DNA of 64,000 nt from an uncultured Bacteroides sp. (lineage in GTDB: Bacteria; Bacteroidota; Bacteroidia; Bacteroidales; Bacteroidaceae). The translations under genes were made by a program, and so were the position numbers. The notes beneath the pieces were generated by a model. It had not been told where the DNA came from. It did not search any database and saw only the letters and a program-made list of their open reading frames with translations. The stretch covers positions 3,288,365-3,352,364 of the forward strand of contig OY762899.1 of the NCBI GenBank assembly GCA_963666545.1. Reading direction: 5' to 3'. Positions 1 to 9,519 of this stretch are shown in pieces; the stretch's first letter is position 1; each line of letters opens with the position of its first letter.

Positions 1-1515
1 TATCAGGTCGGCTATCTTGGTTCCACGGCTGATGGTGTCAACTACAGAAACAAGTGGCAACCCTGTGCTACGGAAGTGAACTCGATATGGATTTTTTTCT
101 CCGTGGCTTTCTATGAACACTCCAAACTCTCCACGACTGCCTTCTACGGCAGCATAGTAGGAACCTTCGGGAACCCTGATGATTGGTTTCATCTTTTCTT
201 GATAGCTTCCTTCAGGAATGTTATCTATGAGTTGCTCAATGATGCACAACGATTCCATGATTTCGTCCATACGTACCATGTAGCGGGCAAAACAATCTCC
301 TTCAGTATAGATTATTTCTTTGAAGTCAACCTTATCATATACTCCGTAAGGGATACGCTTGCGTACATCGCACGCCCAGCCCGAAGCACGACCTGTTCCA
401 CCGGTAGCTCCAAATGAAATAGCATCTTCACGGCTTAGCACTCCAACCCCTTTCAAGCGTTGATGAGCAATGATGTTACCGGTAAATACTTCGTGGTATT
501 CATGAATGATTCCTCGCATATAAGGAATAAATTCTTTCACCCTACGTATAAAGTTGGAGTGAAGATCCCACTGTACACCTCCGATTGTATTGTAGTTCAT
601 CGTGAGACGTCCGCCGCAAGTTTCTTCAAAGATATCAAGTATCTTTTCTCTGTCGCGGAATCCATAAAAGAAAGCGGTTAATGCTCCAAGGTCCATACAG
701 AGGCAAGAATAGAATAACAGGTGAGAGTCAATACGTTGCAGTTCATCCATGATAGTACGGATGTATTGTACGCGTTCCGATACTTCAACGCCCATTGCCT
801 TTTCGATACACATACACAATGCATGACGATTCTGGTGTGCACCTAAGTAGTCCAAACGATCGGTCAATGCTAACGTTTGAGGGTATGTAAGGCTTTCGCA
901 CATCTTTTCTATGCCACGATGTATATATCCGCAGTTGGCGTCTAGCTTCTTAATGGTCTCTCCTTCCAGAGATACGCGAAAGCGAAGAACTCCATGGGTA
1001 GCCGGATGCTGAGGACCGATATTGATTACGTACTCTCTATCGTCGAAGATAACGTTCTCTTGATCTTCCAAGGTACCATCTGAGTTGAGCTTTAACTCGG
1101 TGGTCGAATCAATCGTTTCTTCATTGTTCATACGTAGCGGATTACGCTCATCCATAGGATCATCATCTTTACGCATTGGATAGCCTACCCAATCGTTACG
1201 TAGGTATAGGCGGCGCATGTCAGGATGATTAATGAAGCGTATGCCGTAGAAATCGTATACCTCACGTTCGTTTAATTCAGCGGCTTTCCATATATCGGAA
1301 ACTGTAGGTAGTTCCGGATTTTCCCTATTGTTAGTAGATGTCTTGATAACCATCTTCTCACCAGTGACGGTTGACTCCAAGTGATAGACAACTCCTAAAC
1401 TTTCTCCCCAGTCCATGCCGGTGAGACTTTCCAGAAAATCCATTTGTTTTTCGGTGCGTAGTTTCAGTACTTCGTCACGAAACCTCTCTAACGGTATTTC
1501 TATGATCTCATTCAT
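1..1515 (-). CDS. nuoCD: NADH-quinone oxidoreductase fused subunit C/D (start present, 3' end runs off the window)
   Basis: Absent from the ORF track because there is no stop codon inside the window. Hand translation from the ATG at 1515-1513 gives MNEIIEIPLERFRDEVL... It includes the NuoC-like EREVYDFYGI and the NuoD signature IGPQHPATHGVLRF (codons 1020-979). The start overlaps the nuoB stop by 8 nt. Confidence 0.88.
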   Translation of the reverse strand, partial: MNEIIEIPLERFRDEVLKLRTEKQMDFLESLTGMDWGESLGVVYHLESTVTGEKMVIKTSTNNRENPELPTVSDIWKAAELNEREVYDFYGIRFINHPDMRRLYLRNDWVGYPMRKDDDPMDERNPLRMNNEETIDSTTELKLNSDGTLEDQENVIFDDREYVINIGPQHPATHGVLRFRVSLEGETIKKLDANCGYIHRGIEKMCESLTYPQTLALTDRLDYLGAHQNRHALCMCIEKAMGVEVSERVQYIRTIMDELQRIDSHLLFYSCLCMDLGALTAFFYGFRDREKILDIFEETCGGRLTMNYNTIGGVQWDLHSNFIRRVKEFIPYMRGIIHEYHEVFTGNIIAHQRLKGVGVLSREDAISFGATGGTGRASGWACDVRKRIPYGVYDKVDFKEIIYTEGDCFARYMVRMDEIMESLCIIEQLIDNIPEGSYQEKMKPIIRVPEGSYYAAVEGSRGEFGVFIESHGEKNPYRVHFRSTGLPLVSVVDTISRGTKIADLI

Positions 1516-2089
1516 CTCTTTTCTCTTTTTTGTTTACGCCCCCAAAGAATTTTTCAATCTTTACTTTGCGCTGTAATTGCATCAATCCGTAGTAGAATGC
1601 TTCCGGTCTTGGAGGGCATCCGGGAATAAATACATCGACAGGCATAATTTTATCCACTCCGTTTAATACGTGATATGATTTTTTGAAAGGACCTCCGCTC
1701 ACGGCACATCCACCTACGGCTACTACGTACTTTGGGTCGGCCATCTGATCGTAGAGACGTTTCAATACCGGGGCCATCTTAGTGGTGATGGTTCCGCAAA
1801 CCATGATCATATCTGCTTGGCGCGGGCTGGCACGGGCAACTTCAAACCCAAAGCGGGCCATGTCATAGCGAGCAGCTCCCAATGACATGAATTCAATTCC
1901 ACAACAGCTTGTTGCAAATGTCAGCGGCCACAATGAATTACTGCGTCCCCAGTTGATGAGATCGTCCATTGCTCCCACAAAAACACTAGCTCCACCTTCA
2001 TTGAGCTCTTTAATAATCTTTTCCAAAGACTCATTGTCGCTGAACTCTTCGTAAGGAATTGATTTTATTTTCGGCTTTTTCATTTCCAT
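1508..2089 (-). CDS. nuoB: NADH-quinone oxidoreductase subunit B
   Basis: 193 aa. Carries the NuoB Fe-S cysteine motifs (SCCGIEF, GGCA, PGCPPRPE). Overlaps nuoA by 10 nt. Confidence 0.95.
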   Translation of the reverse strand: MEMKKPKIKSIPYEEFSDNESLEKIIKELNEGGASVFVGAMDDLINWGRSNSLWPLTFATSCCGIEFMSLGAARYDMARFGFEVARASPRQADMIMVCGTITTKMAPVLKRLYDQMADPKYVVAVGGCAVSGGPFKKSYHVLNGVDKIMPVDVFIPGCPPRPEAFYYGLMQLQRKVKIEKFFGGVNKKEKRDE

Positions 2090-2430
2090 TCCAATGCTCC
2101 TTTCCTCCAGGCATAGGCTAGACCCAGAACTAAAATAACTAAAAAGAAAAGAATACTAACAAGTCCGGCTACTCCTAAATCCCTGACAATGACTGCCCAT
2201 GGAAATAGAAAGACTGTCTCTACATCGAACATCAAAAATAAGATGGCAAACAAATAGTAACCTACACGGAACTGCATCCATGATTTACCACGTGTAGGAA
2301 TTCCACATTCGTATGGCTCTTCTTTTTGAGGATTGTAGGAGCGTGGAGATATAGCTTTTGCTATAATCAACGCTGCGGCAACCAAGGTAACTGCCGTTAA
2401 TAAAACGACGACTAATAATACAAAATTCAT
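2080..2430 (-). CDS. nuoA: NADH-quinone oxidoreductase subunit A
   Basis: 116 aa, three hydrophobic helices, YECG motif typical of NuoA/ND3. First gene of the nuo cluster. Confidence 0.9.
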   Translation of the reverse strand: MNFVLLVVVLLTAVTLVAAALIIAKAISPRSYNPQKEEPYECGIPTRGKSWMQFRVGYYLFAILFLMFDVETVFLFPWAVIVRDLGVAGLVSILFFLVILVLGLAYAWRKGALEWK

Positions 2431-2534
2431 AATCCAATATCATTTAGATTAAATACTATTAATGAACGGATCATCACCTTAATAATTATTTAGATGATAA
2501 CTCCACGGTAACGACAACGTAAAATAAAAGAAAT

Positions 2535-2915
2535 TTAAGTAATGATTTTTCGCATGCCAAAGACATAATAGCTCACAGGGTCCATGAAACTATGAGATAG
2601 TGGATGGAATGTAGCGCTAAAGGATGCCAGATGAATAGCATTATATGTGCGAAAGAATCCTATAAGTCGGTGGTAGCTTTTACTGGTAGGAGTGTAGGAG
2701 AAATCTATATGGGCAACCTCACATGCCAATTCGGCATAATAATGGCAAAACTCTTGTATAGATAGGTTAAGCTCTTGCTTTTGGGAAATGAAACATCCGG
2801 AATCGTTTCGAGGTGTGGTATATAGTATCTCAGATACTTTCATAGCCCCCATCATAGTGGCATGAAGCATCACGGTAAATGCGATTAAAAAACTGTATTT
2901 AAGGAATTTTTTCAT
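2535..2915 (-). CDS. hypothetical protein with N-terminal hydrophobic signal-like segment
   Basis: The ORF runs to 2936, but the ATG at 2915 (MKKFLKYSFLIAFTV...) gives a typical signal peptide. I recognise no family motif. Confidence 0.4.
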   Translation of the reverse strand: MKKFLKYSFLIAFTVMLHATMMGAMKVSEILYTTPRNDSGCFISQKQELNLSIQEFCHYYAELACEVAHIDFSYTPTSKSYHRLIGFFRTYNAIHLASFSATFHPLSHSFMDPVSYYVFGMRKIIT

Positions 2916-3012
2916 ATTACCCTCTTGCGGGTGCAAATATAGAACTTAATTTCCTCTCTTTTGCAATCTCTATGTGCCAAAAAGGTTTTTTTAGCACACT
3001 TTGTATCTTCCA

Positions 3013-4464
3013 TCAATTTTTCTTCCAAAATCCGGGGGTAAAAATCAATAATATGGTGAATATCTCAAGACGGCCGATTAACATCAAAAAAGACAATAGC
3101 CATTTGGCGGCATCCGGTAAATGGTTCCAACTATATGCAGGACCGCATGTACCCAAACCTGGTCCGACTCCACCCATGCTTGATACTACCGTACCAAAAG
3201 ATTCTATATAGCCTACGCCTAATGCCATCATGATGATCCATCCGATGACCAATACGGCGATGTATAATAAGGTGAAGGCAAGAATGGAGTTTTTAACCGA
3301 TGGAGATATAACCTGCTTGTTCGCACGAATAGGAAGTACGGCATTGGGGTGAATCAAACGTTTGAATTCATTTTTTATGATTCTTACTAATATTAGGATA
3401 CGTATGTCTTTTAATCCTCCACTGGTTGAACCGGCACATCCACCAATAATCATTGTTATGGCAAGCATTGCCCACAGGAAAGGTTCCCACGTCATATAAT
3501 CGGCCGTGACATATCCGGTTGTGGAATGTAGAGAGGCTACTTGGAATAACGCTTTTCTGAATGATTCTTCAATTCCCATGGAGGAAGTACGTGTCAGCGT
3601 AAATGCGATGATGGCGGTGAAAATGGCAATAGACCAGATATACCATTTCATCTCCTCGTCGCTGAAGAATTTCTTTATTTTACCTTTCACGAAGAAAAAA
3701 TACAGCGTAAAGTTCAGTCCTGATAAAATCATAAAGAGCGAAATGACATATTCTATATAAGGAGAATTGTAGTAAGCTATATTTGCTTGCTTGGTGGAAT
3801 ATCCTCCGGTAGCGGTGGTCGTAAATGAATGGCAAACGGCATCGAATAGGCTCATCCCACCAAACATGAGTAATATGGTTTCACTGATAGTTAATACCAG
3901 GTAAATGATCCATAGCAATTTAGCTGTGACTCCGATACGGGGGTGTATCTTGTCGTGCGTGGGTCCGGTTGCTTCTGCCGCAAAAAGCTGCATACTTCCT
4001 ACTCCAAAGATAGGAAGGACAGCGATGGTAAAGAGAACAATCCCCAATCCTCCAATCCATTGCGTCATGCTTCGCCAAAACAACAATCCGTGAGGTAATG
4101 CTTCTATATTGTCTAATATAGATGCACCTGTGGTGGTAAAACCTGACATTGTCTCAAAGAAAGCATTGGTAATGTTGGGGATGTATCCACTGAGGTAGAA
4201 GGGTAGCATGCCGAAGATACTGAATACGACCCACACAATACTGACGATGATATAGCCGTCTCTACGGCTTAATTGTTTTTCAGCATTCTTGCCTAGTAGC
4301 ATGAGAAACAATCCGGTAACTGCAGTGATGGCAGCTGTAATAAGAAAACTCTCCAAATCATTTTCTTGATAACATAGAGAAACTCCTATGCAAGAGAGTA
4401 GCATCGCTGTTTCAATCAAAATCAAGAATCCCATGATTCTATAAATCATCTTTCTGTTTATCAT
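3013..4464 (-). CDS. trkH: Trk-type potassium uptake membrane subunit
   Basis: 483 aa polytopic membrane protein with repeated TTxGxS/TTGG pore-loop-like motifs (GFTTTGAS, TATGGYS, STTGYV, GSTSGGLK). Lies immediately downstream of trkA. Confidence 0.9.
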   Translation of the reverse strand: MINRKMIYRIMGFLILIETAMLLSCIGVSLCYQENDLESFLITAAITAVTGLFLMLLGKNAEKQLSRRDGYIIVSIVWVVFSIFGMLPFYLSGYIPNITNAFFETMSGFTTTGASILDNIEALPHGLLFWRSMTQWIGGLGIVLFTIAVLPIFGVGSMQLFAAEATGPTHDKIHPRIGVTAKLLWIIYLVLTISETILLMFGGMSLFDAVCHSFTTTATGGYSTKQANIAYYNSPYIEYVISLFMILSGLNFTLYFFFVKGKIKKFFSDEEMKWYIWSIAIFTAIIAFTLTRTSSMGIEESFRKALFQVASLHSTTGYVTADYMTWEPFLWAMLAITMIIGGCAGSTSGGLKDIRILILVRIIKNEFKRLIHPNAVLPIRANKQVISPSVKNSILAFTLLYIAVLVIGWIIMMALGVGYIESFGTVVSSMGGVGPGLGTCGPAYSWNHLPDAAKWLLSFLMLIGRLEIFTILLIFTPGFWKKN

Positions 4465-4472
4465 CTCAGATG

Positions 4473-5813
4473 TTAATTAAAGAACTTCTCTATTTTCTTT
4501 ATCATCATATTCAGGCAGAATACCACTACATGATCACCGGCACGTATCAGCGTATCTCCCGTAACAACAACTCCTTCTCCATTTCGGATTAATCCGCCAA
4601 TGGTGGCTCCCTTGGGCAATCCAAGGTCTTTAACCAGGTGCTTAGCTACTTTAGAATCGGACTTAACGGTAAATTCGGCCACTTCGGCATTGGCAAAGGT
4701 TAAACTTTTTACATTCGACACATCGGCGTCGAGCATCATTTGGTAGATGTGGCTGGCAGCAATCATCTTTTTGTTGATGACTGTCCCGATGTCCAAACTT
4801 TCGGCCATGCTTATGTAATCTATGTTCTCCACTTCGGCTACCGTTTTGCTTACTCCCATTCGTTTGGCTGCCAAGCAAGCCAGAATGTTCGTCTCCGAGT
4901 TTTCTGTTAGTGCAACAAAAGCTTCGGTGTTTTTCATACCTTCTTCTGTTAGCAGATCCATATCGCGCCCATCACCATTAATGATCATGACTTTGTCGTC
5001 TAGCAACTCTGTTAGCCGATTACAACGGTTAACATCGTGCTCCACTATTTTTACTTGCATATAGTCGGGCACATATTGCGCAGTACGAACAGCAATGCGG
5101 CTACCACCCATAATCATAACTTTACGCACGTCAGCATAATCTTCTTTTCCTGCTATTTTCCGAATGTAGGGAATGTATTTTTTTGTAGTGGTGAAGTATA
5201 CGATATCGTATAGTTTGATTACATCGTTACCTCGGGGAATGATTGTTTCGTTGCCCCGTTTGATAGCTACAATGTGATAGGGTGTATTCGTATCGCCCAG
5301 CTCTTGAAGAGGAATGTTGAGAATCTCCGCACTCTCTCTCATCTTGGTGCCCAATAGGATAAGGGCTCCTCCACAAAACTCCCACCATTGACGAATCCAG
5401 CTCATCCTCATGGAAGATACGATTTCTTTAGCAGCCAGCATTTCGGGATAAATCAGCGAGTCCACTCCCAGTTTCTTGAAAAACTCTTTGTTTTTAGGCA
5501 ATAGATATTCATAATTGTCAATTCGGGCTACCGTCTTTTTTGCTCCCAGATTGCTTGCTATCATGCAAGCTGTCATGTTCCTGCTTTCGTCGGGAGTTAC
5601 GGCAATGAATAGATCTGCATCTTTCACGCCAACCTCTTTGAGGCCGGAAATGGAGGAAGGAGAAGCACAAACGGTCATCAAATCGAAATTGGAGCTTAGT
5701 GTGCTCAATTTCTCTTCACTGTCGTCAATCAAAATAATATCCTGTCTCTCGCGGGATAATAGTTTGGCTAAATGCGTGCCCACAGCTCCGGCACCGGCAA
5801 TAATTATTTTCAT
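4473..5813 (-). CDS. trkA: Trk system potassium uptake NAD-binding subunit
   Basis: 446 aa with two Rossmann GxGxxG segments (IIIAGAGAVG and IMGGSRIA). Duplicated RCK architecture. Confidence 0.92.
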   Translation of the reverse strand: MKIIIAGAGAVGTHLAKLLSRERQDIILIDDSEEKLSTLSSNFDLMTVCASPSSISGLKEVGVKDADLFIAVTPDESRNMTACMIASNLGAKKTVARIDNYEYLLPKNKEFFKKLGVDSLIYPEMLAAKEIVSSMRMSWIRQWWEFCGGALILLGTKMRESAEILNIPLQELGDTNTPYHIVAIKRGNETIIPRGNDVIKLYDIVYFTTTKKYIPYIRKIAGKEDYADVRKVMIMGGSRIAVRTAQYVPDYMQVKIVEHDVNRCNRLTELLDDKVMIINGDGRDMDLLTEEGMKNTEAFVALTENSETNILACLAAKRMGVSKTVAEVENIDYISMAESLDIGTVINKKMIAASHIYQMMLDADVSNVKSLTFANAEVAEFTVKSDSKVAKHLVKDLGLPKGATIGGLIRNGEGVVVTGDTLIRAGDHVVVFCLNMMIKKIEKFFN

Positions 5814-5880
5814 CTTTTATTTATGCATTAATGCAATCTGTAATTGATTGGCTTGTGGCTATTGTTATCATATCGTCTTT

Positions 5881-7794
5881 TCATTTTGTTTCATGGGCGT
5901 TCAGATGCATAATTGCCTGATAAATGCCGGTTGCATCTAGGCCGCAGAGTTGATGCAGTTCGGCAATGCTTCCGTGTTCGATGAATTTATCCGGTAGTCC
6001 CATGCGTGTTACTTTCGGATAATAGTTGTTATCGGATAGAAACTCGAGTATGGCACTGCCCATGCCACCTTGGATAACTCCATCTTCAATGGTCAGTATT
6101 TTTTTGAACTTGCGTCCTATCTCATGCAGCATGTTCGCATCCAACGGTTTCAAAAAGCGTACGTCATAATGGGCAATAGAGATATTCTCTTTGGCTGCTT
6201 TTTCAATAGCTTCTGCAGCAGCTTTGCCTATGGGGCCAATGGTTAGTAGTGCCATTTCCTCTCCATCCTTTATCTTGCGGCCGGTGCCTACTTTTATTTC
6301 TTCGAATGGACACTGCCAATCAACCAGCGATCCTCTTCCTTTGGGGTAGCGAATGACAAACGGTCCTTTATCGGGTAGCTGAGCTGTGTACATCATTTTT
6401 CTCAGTTCATGTTCATCCATGGGTGATGCAATGGTGAGATGGGGGATTGGTCTTAAATAGGCCAAGTCGAATGCACCGTGATGAGTGGGACCATCTTCTC
6501 CTACCAATCCTGCGCGGTCAAGACAAAAGACTACATTCAGGTTTTGGATAGCCACATCGTGGATGATATTGTCGTAGGCTCGTTGCATGAATGAAGAGTA
6601 GATGTTGCAAAACGGCATCAATCCTTCTTTAGCCATTCCTCCCGAAAAAGTCACCGCATGTCCTTCGGCAATGCCTACGTCAAAGGCTCTATCGGGCATT
6701 TTATCCATCAATATATTCATTGAACAGCCTGTAGGCATGGCAGGAGTAACTCCTATAATCTTTTTATTGTTTTCGGCCAATTCTACCAGAGTATTGCCAA
6801 ATACATCTTGAAAGAGAGGGGGAAGGTCATCTGTGTTTACGGTAATTCGTATGCCGGTTTCCGGATTGAATTTTCCGGGAGCATGCCATAGTGTGGCTTG
6901 TTTCTCAGCGGGTTCAAATCCTTTTCCTTTGATCGTGTGCAGGTGAAGTATCTTAGGTCCCTGCATGTTTTTTATATCTCGCAATATGCGTGAGATGTTT
7001 TTTACGTCGTGACCGTCAATTGGACCAAAGTAACGGATGTTCATCCCTTCAAAGATATTTTGTTGTTGGGCTAACATCGACTTCACGCTATTGGCAAAGC
7101 GTATGAGACTTTTGCGTCTACTCTCGTTTAAAACTCCCATCTTAAATAGTATCTTGGATGCTTCGAATCGGAGGCGATTATAGCGATTTGAAGTCGTCAA
7201 GTTGACTAGATATTGTTTCATCCCTCCCACGCTGCGGTCGATGGACATATCATTGTCGTTGAGAATAATCAACAGATTATTCGGAGTTCCAGACGCATTG
7301 TTTAAGCCTTCGAAGGCCAGTCCGCCACTCATGGATCCATCACCTATCACAGCTACCACGTGTCGATTTTTTTCTCCTTTTTTGTTGGCTGCTACTGCCA
7401 TTCCTAATGCAGCTGAGATAGAATTTGAAGCATGTCCGCAGGTAAAGGTGTCATATTCGCTTTCTTCAGGAGAGGGGAAAGGACGTATGCCATTCATTTT
7501 TCTGTTGGTAAAGAAGGATTTACGCCTTCCTGTCAGTATTTTGTGAACATAAGCTTGGTGCCCAACATCCCACACAATGCGGTCGTAGGGTGTATTATAA
7601 ACATAATGTAATGCTACGGTAAGTTCTACCACACCCAAGTTGGCCGCAAAATGACCGGGGTTGCAGGATAATTCTTCTATGATGTCTTGCCTCAACTCTT
7701 TACACACTTCGGGAAGCTGATCAATGCTTAGTTTTCGCAAGTCTTCCGGATATGAAATATTGTTTAGCAGGGTATATATGAATTCGTTTTTCAT
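5881..7794 (-). CDS. dxs: 1-deoxy-D-xylulose-5-phosphate synthase
   Basis: 637 aa. DXS N-terminus ([14 protein letters not shown]), TPP-binding [18 protein letters not shown], transketolase-like C-terminal domains. Confidence 0.95.
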   Translation of the reverse strand: MKNEFIYTLLNNISYPEDLRKLSIDQLPEVCKELRQDIIEELSCNPGHFAANLGVVELTVALHYVYNTPYDRIVWDVGHQAYVHKILTGRRKSFFTNRKMNGIRPFPSPEESEYDTFTCGHASNSISAALGMAVAANKKGEKNRHVVAVIGDGSMSGGLAFEGLNNASGTPNNLLIILNDNDMSIDRSVGGMKQYLVNLTTSNRYNRLRFEASKILFKMGVLNESRRKSLIRFANSVKSMLAQQQNIFEGMNIRYFGPIDGHDVKNISRILRDIKNMQGPKILHLHTIKGKGFEPAEKQATLWHAPGKFNPETGIRITVNTDDLPPLFQDVFGNTLVELAENNKKIIGVTPAMPTGCSMNILMDKMPDRAFDVGIAEGHAVTFSGGMAKEGLMPFCNIYSSFMQRAYDNIIHDVAIQNLNVVFCLDRAGLVGEDGPTHHGAFDLAYLRPIPHLTIASPMDEHELRKMMYTAQLPDKGPFVIRYPKGRGSLVDWQCPFEEIKVGTGRKIKDGEEMALLTIGPIGKAAAEAIEKAAKENISIAHYDVRFLKPLDANMLHEIGRKFKKILTIEDGVIQGGMGSAILEFLSDNNYYPKVTRMGLPDKFIEHGSIAELHQLCGLDATGIYQAIMHLNAHETK

Positions 7795-7813
7795 TGTTCG
7801 GACAAATTTATTG

Positions 7814-7821
7814 CAAAATTA
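7814..7821 (-). promoter_or_regulatory. Bacteroidota -7 box (TAATTTTG on the minus strand) for dxs
   Basis: The plus strand reads CAAAATTA, which is TAnnTTTG on the minus strand, ~20 nt upstream of the dxs ATG. Confidence 0.5.
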
Positions 7822-8020
7822 GTATAAATAAGCTGAAGTGTTTGTTTTTCAATCGGAATTTTGTGAAAACTTGAATATCTTAATGAATTTCTTATTGCTT
7901 CTTAATCCTATTAATGTTATATTTTATTTAATAAAGAAAGAATTGTTGTCTTTTTCATTTTGTATCTTATTCTTAATTATATAAAGTGGGGATTTACATA
8001 AGATAAAAAAAGAGTGCTTC

Positions 8021-8028
8021 TATCTTTG
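8021..8028 (+). promoter_or_regulatory. orphan -7 box TATCTTTG (no annotated gene downstream before a terminator)
   Basis: Exact TAnnTTTG match. The next long ORF starts ~500 nt downstream, beyond the hairpin at 8190-8222. Confidence 0.4.
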
Positions 8029-8189
8029 CTTTGTAGATATTGATGTTTTACATTTGAAAGAGAGTCTATTAATAAATGCTCAAACGATTTATTATAAATC
8101 CAAAAACAATTTATAATAAATCACCCCTAAATTTATTAGAAGGCGATGTCTGCTTTTAGTGCTTATATTAAGAAATATATGTACTAAAA

Positions 8190-8222
8190 AAGGCAATAGC
8201 TCTTATTATTAGTTATTGCCTT
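8190..8222. terminator. hairpin (9-bp stem AAGGCAATA/TATTGCCTT) with T-runs on both strands
   Basis: On the minus strand the stem is followed directly by TTTTTT. On the plus strand a T7 run starts 8 nt after the stem. Confidence 0.55.
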
Positions 8223-8393
8223 CTCCTTATTTTTTTATTCTGTTAAACCTTGATTTCTCAGTGTTTTGTTTCTAATTATTCTGATGTATTAAAGTTTTTA
8301 TCACATGGATGCATGTAATTATATGTTAATATGTAAAATTGTCTCATTCTATATCTTTTTAAAAGCTTTATGGTCGGTACTATACTCACTGTG

Positions 8394-8401
8394 CAAAGAT
8401 A
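8394..8401 (-). promoter_or_regulatory. orphan -7 box (TATCTTTG on the minus strand) pointing toward the 8190-8222 hairpin
   Basis: The plus strand reads CAAAGATA. There is no long ORF on the minus strand downstream of it. Confidence 0.35.
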
Positions 8402-8498
8402 CAACATTCGGATGCTGTTTGTCAAGTCATTAAGTCTTTTTTTAGATTATCAATTTAGTAATGTCTGCCGTCTCTCTTTCTTTTCGGGATTATTTCTG

Positions 8499-8506
8499 TA
8501 TGTTTG
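8499..8506 (+). promoter_or_regulatory. -7 box TATGTTTG for the GSCFA gene
   Basis: TAnnTTTG match 24 nt upstream of the ATG at 8530. Confidence 0.5.
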
Positions 8507-8529
8507 TGCTTACTTAAACTGATAAAGCA

Positions 8530-9519
8530 ATGGATTTTAGGACAGTCATAGAGTTTCCGAAACAGAATTTTTATATTGATCATTCTCACAAAGGTTTGCT
8601 AATGGGCTCTTGCTTTGCCGAGAACATTGGGACTTTCATGGTACAAAACAAATTTGCTTGTCAGGTCAATCCTTATGGCATACTTTATAATCCCTTGTCT
8701 GTTTCCGGAGCTTTGCGCGAGATGATTGCCGGTAAACAATATACTTCCCAAGATTTACTTTTCTATCGTGAATGTTTTCATAGCTATATGCACCACGGCT
8801 CGTTTTCTGATTCGACTCAGGATCAGTGCTTAAAGCGGATAAATAATCGTTTGGATGAAGCTCATGAGGCAATTACTCAGTTGGACTACTTGATCATTAC
8901 TTTCGGCACAGCTTGGGTTTATACGCTAAAGGAAACAGGACAGGTTGTTTCCAATTGCCATAAGCTTCCAGCGAATTATTTTTTGCGTTCCATGCTTACG
9001 GTAGCGGATATTGTTGACGATTACACTTCTCTCATTCGCATTCTTCTTCAGCAACAACCTTGTTTAAAAATCATTTTAACCGTTAGCCCCATCCGTCATC
9101 TTAAAGATGGGTTACATGCTAATCAGATAAGTAAAGCGACCCTGCTTTTGGCCATTGATCGTTTGCAAGAAGCTTTTCCTGAATCCATTTATTACTTTCC
9201 CGCATATGAAATCGTGATGGATGATCTCCGTGATTATCGATTCTATGCAGATGATATGCTTCATCCTTCATCAAAGGCTATTCAATATATTTGGGAGAAT
9301 TTTGGTACTCTTTATTTTTCAAGAGAAACCAAGCAAATAATGAAGGAATGCGATGATATTCATAAAGCATTGACACATAAACCATTCCGAAAAGAGTCCG
9401 AAGAATATAAACGATTTTTAGGACAAATAGTGTTAAAGATAAATCAACTTAAGGAAAAATACCCGTACTTAGATGTACAAAAAGAAATAGAACAATGTCG
9501 TATACAATTAAATCAATAG
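8530..9519 (+). CDS. GSCFA-family protein
   Basis: 329 aa containing the family-defining motif LLMGSCFAENIG near the N-terminus. Confidence 0.85.
   Translation: MDFRTVIEFPKQNFYIDHSHKGLLMGSCFAENIGTFMVQNKFACQVNPYGILYNPLSVSGALREMIAGKQYTSQDLLFYRECFHSYMHHGSFSDSTQDQCLKRINNRLDEAHEAITQLDYLIITFGTAWVYTLKETGQVVSNCHKLPANYFLRSMLTVADIVDDYTSLIRILLQQQPCLKIILTVSPIRHLKDGLHANQISKATLLLAIDRLQEAFPESIYYFPAYEIVMDDLRDYRFYADDMLHPSSKAIQYIWENFGTLYFSRETKQIMKECDDIHKALTHKPFRKESEEYKRFLGQIVLKINQLKEKYPYLDVQKEIEQCRIQLNQ

Noticed and set aside
76-681. Plus-strand ORFs 76-417 and 460-681.
   Set aside because: They lie antisense inside the nuoCD reading frame, which has clear NuoC/NuoD signatures. They have no motifs of their own and are shadow ORFs.
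2972-4093. Plus-strand ORFs 2972-3211, 3506-3760 and 3905-4093.
   Set aside because: They are antisense to trkH, low-complexity, and have no promoter box.
8190-8401. Invertible-promoter (shufflon-like) interpretation of the 7.8-8.5 kb intergenic region.
   Set aside because: I found no long flanking inverted repeats of the type used by Bacteroides invertases, and no recombinase gene nearby. The only inverted repeats are short AT hairpins and the terminator stem.
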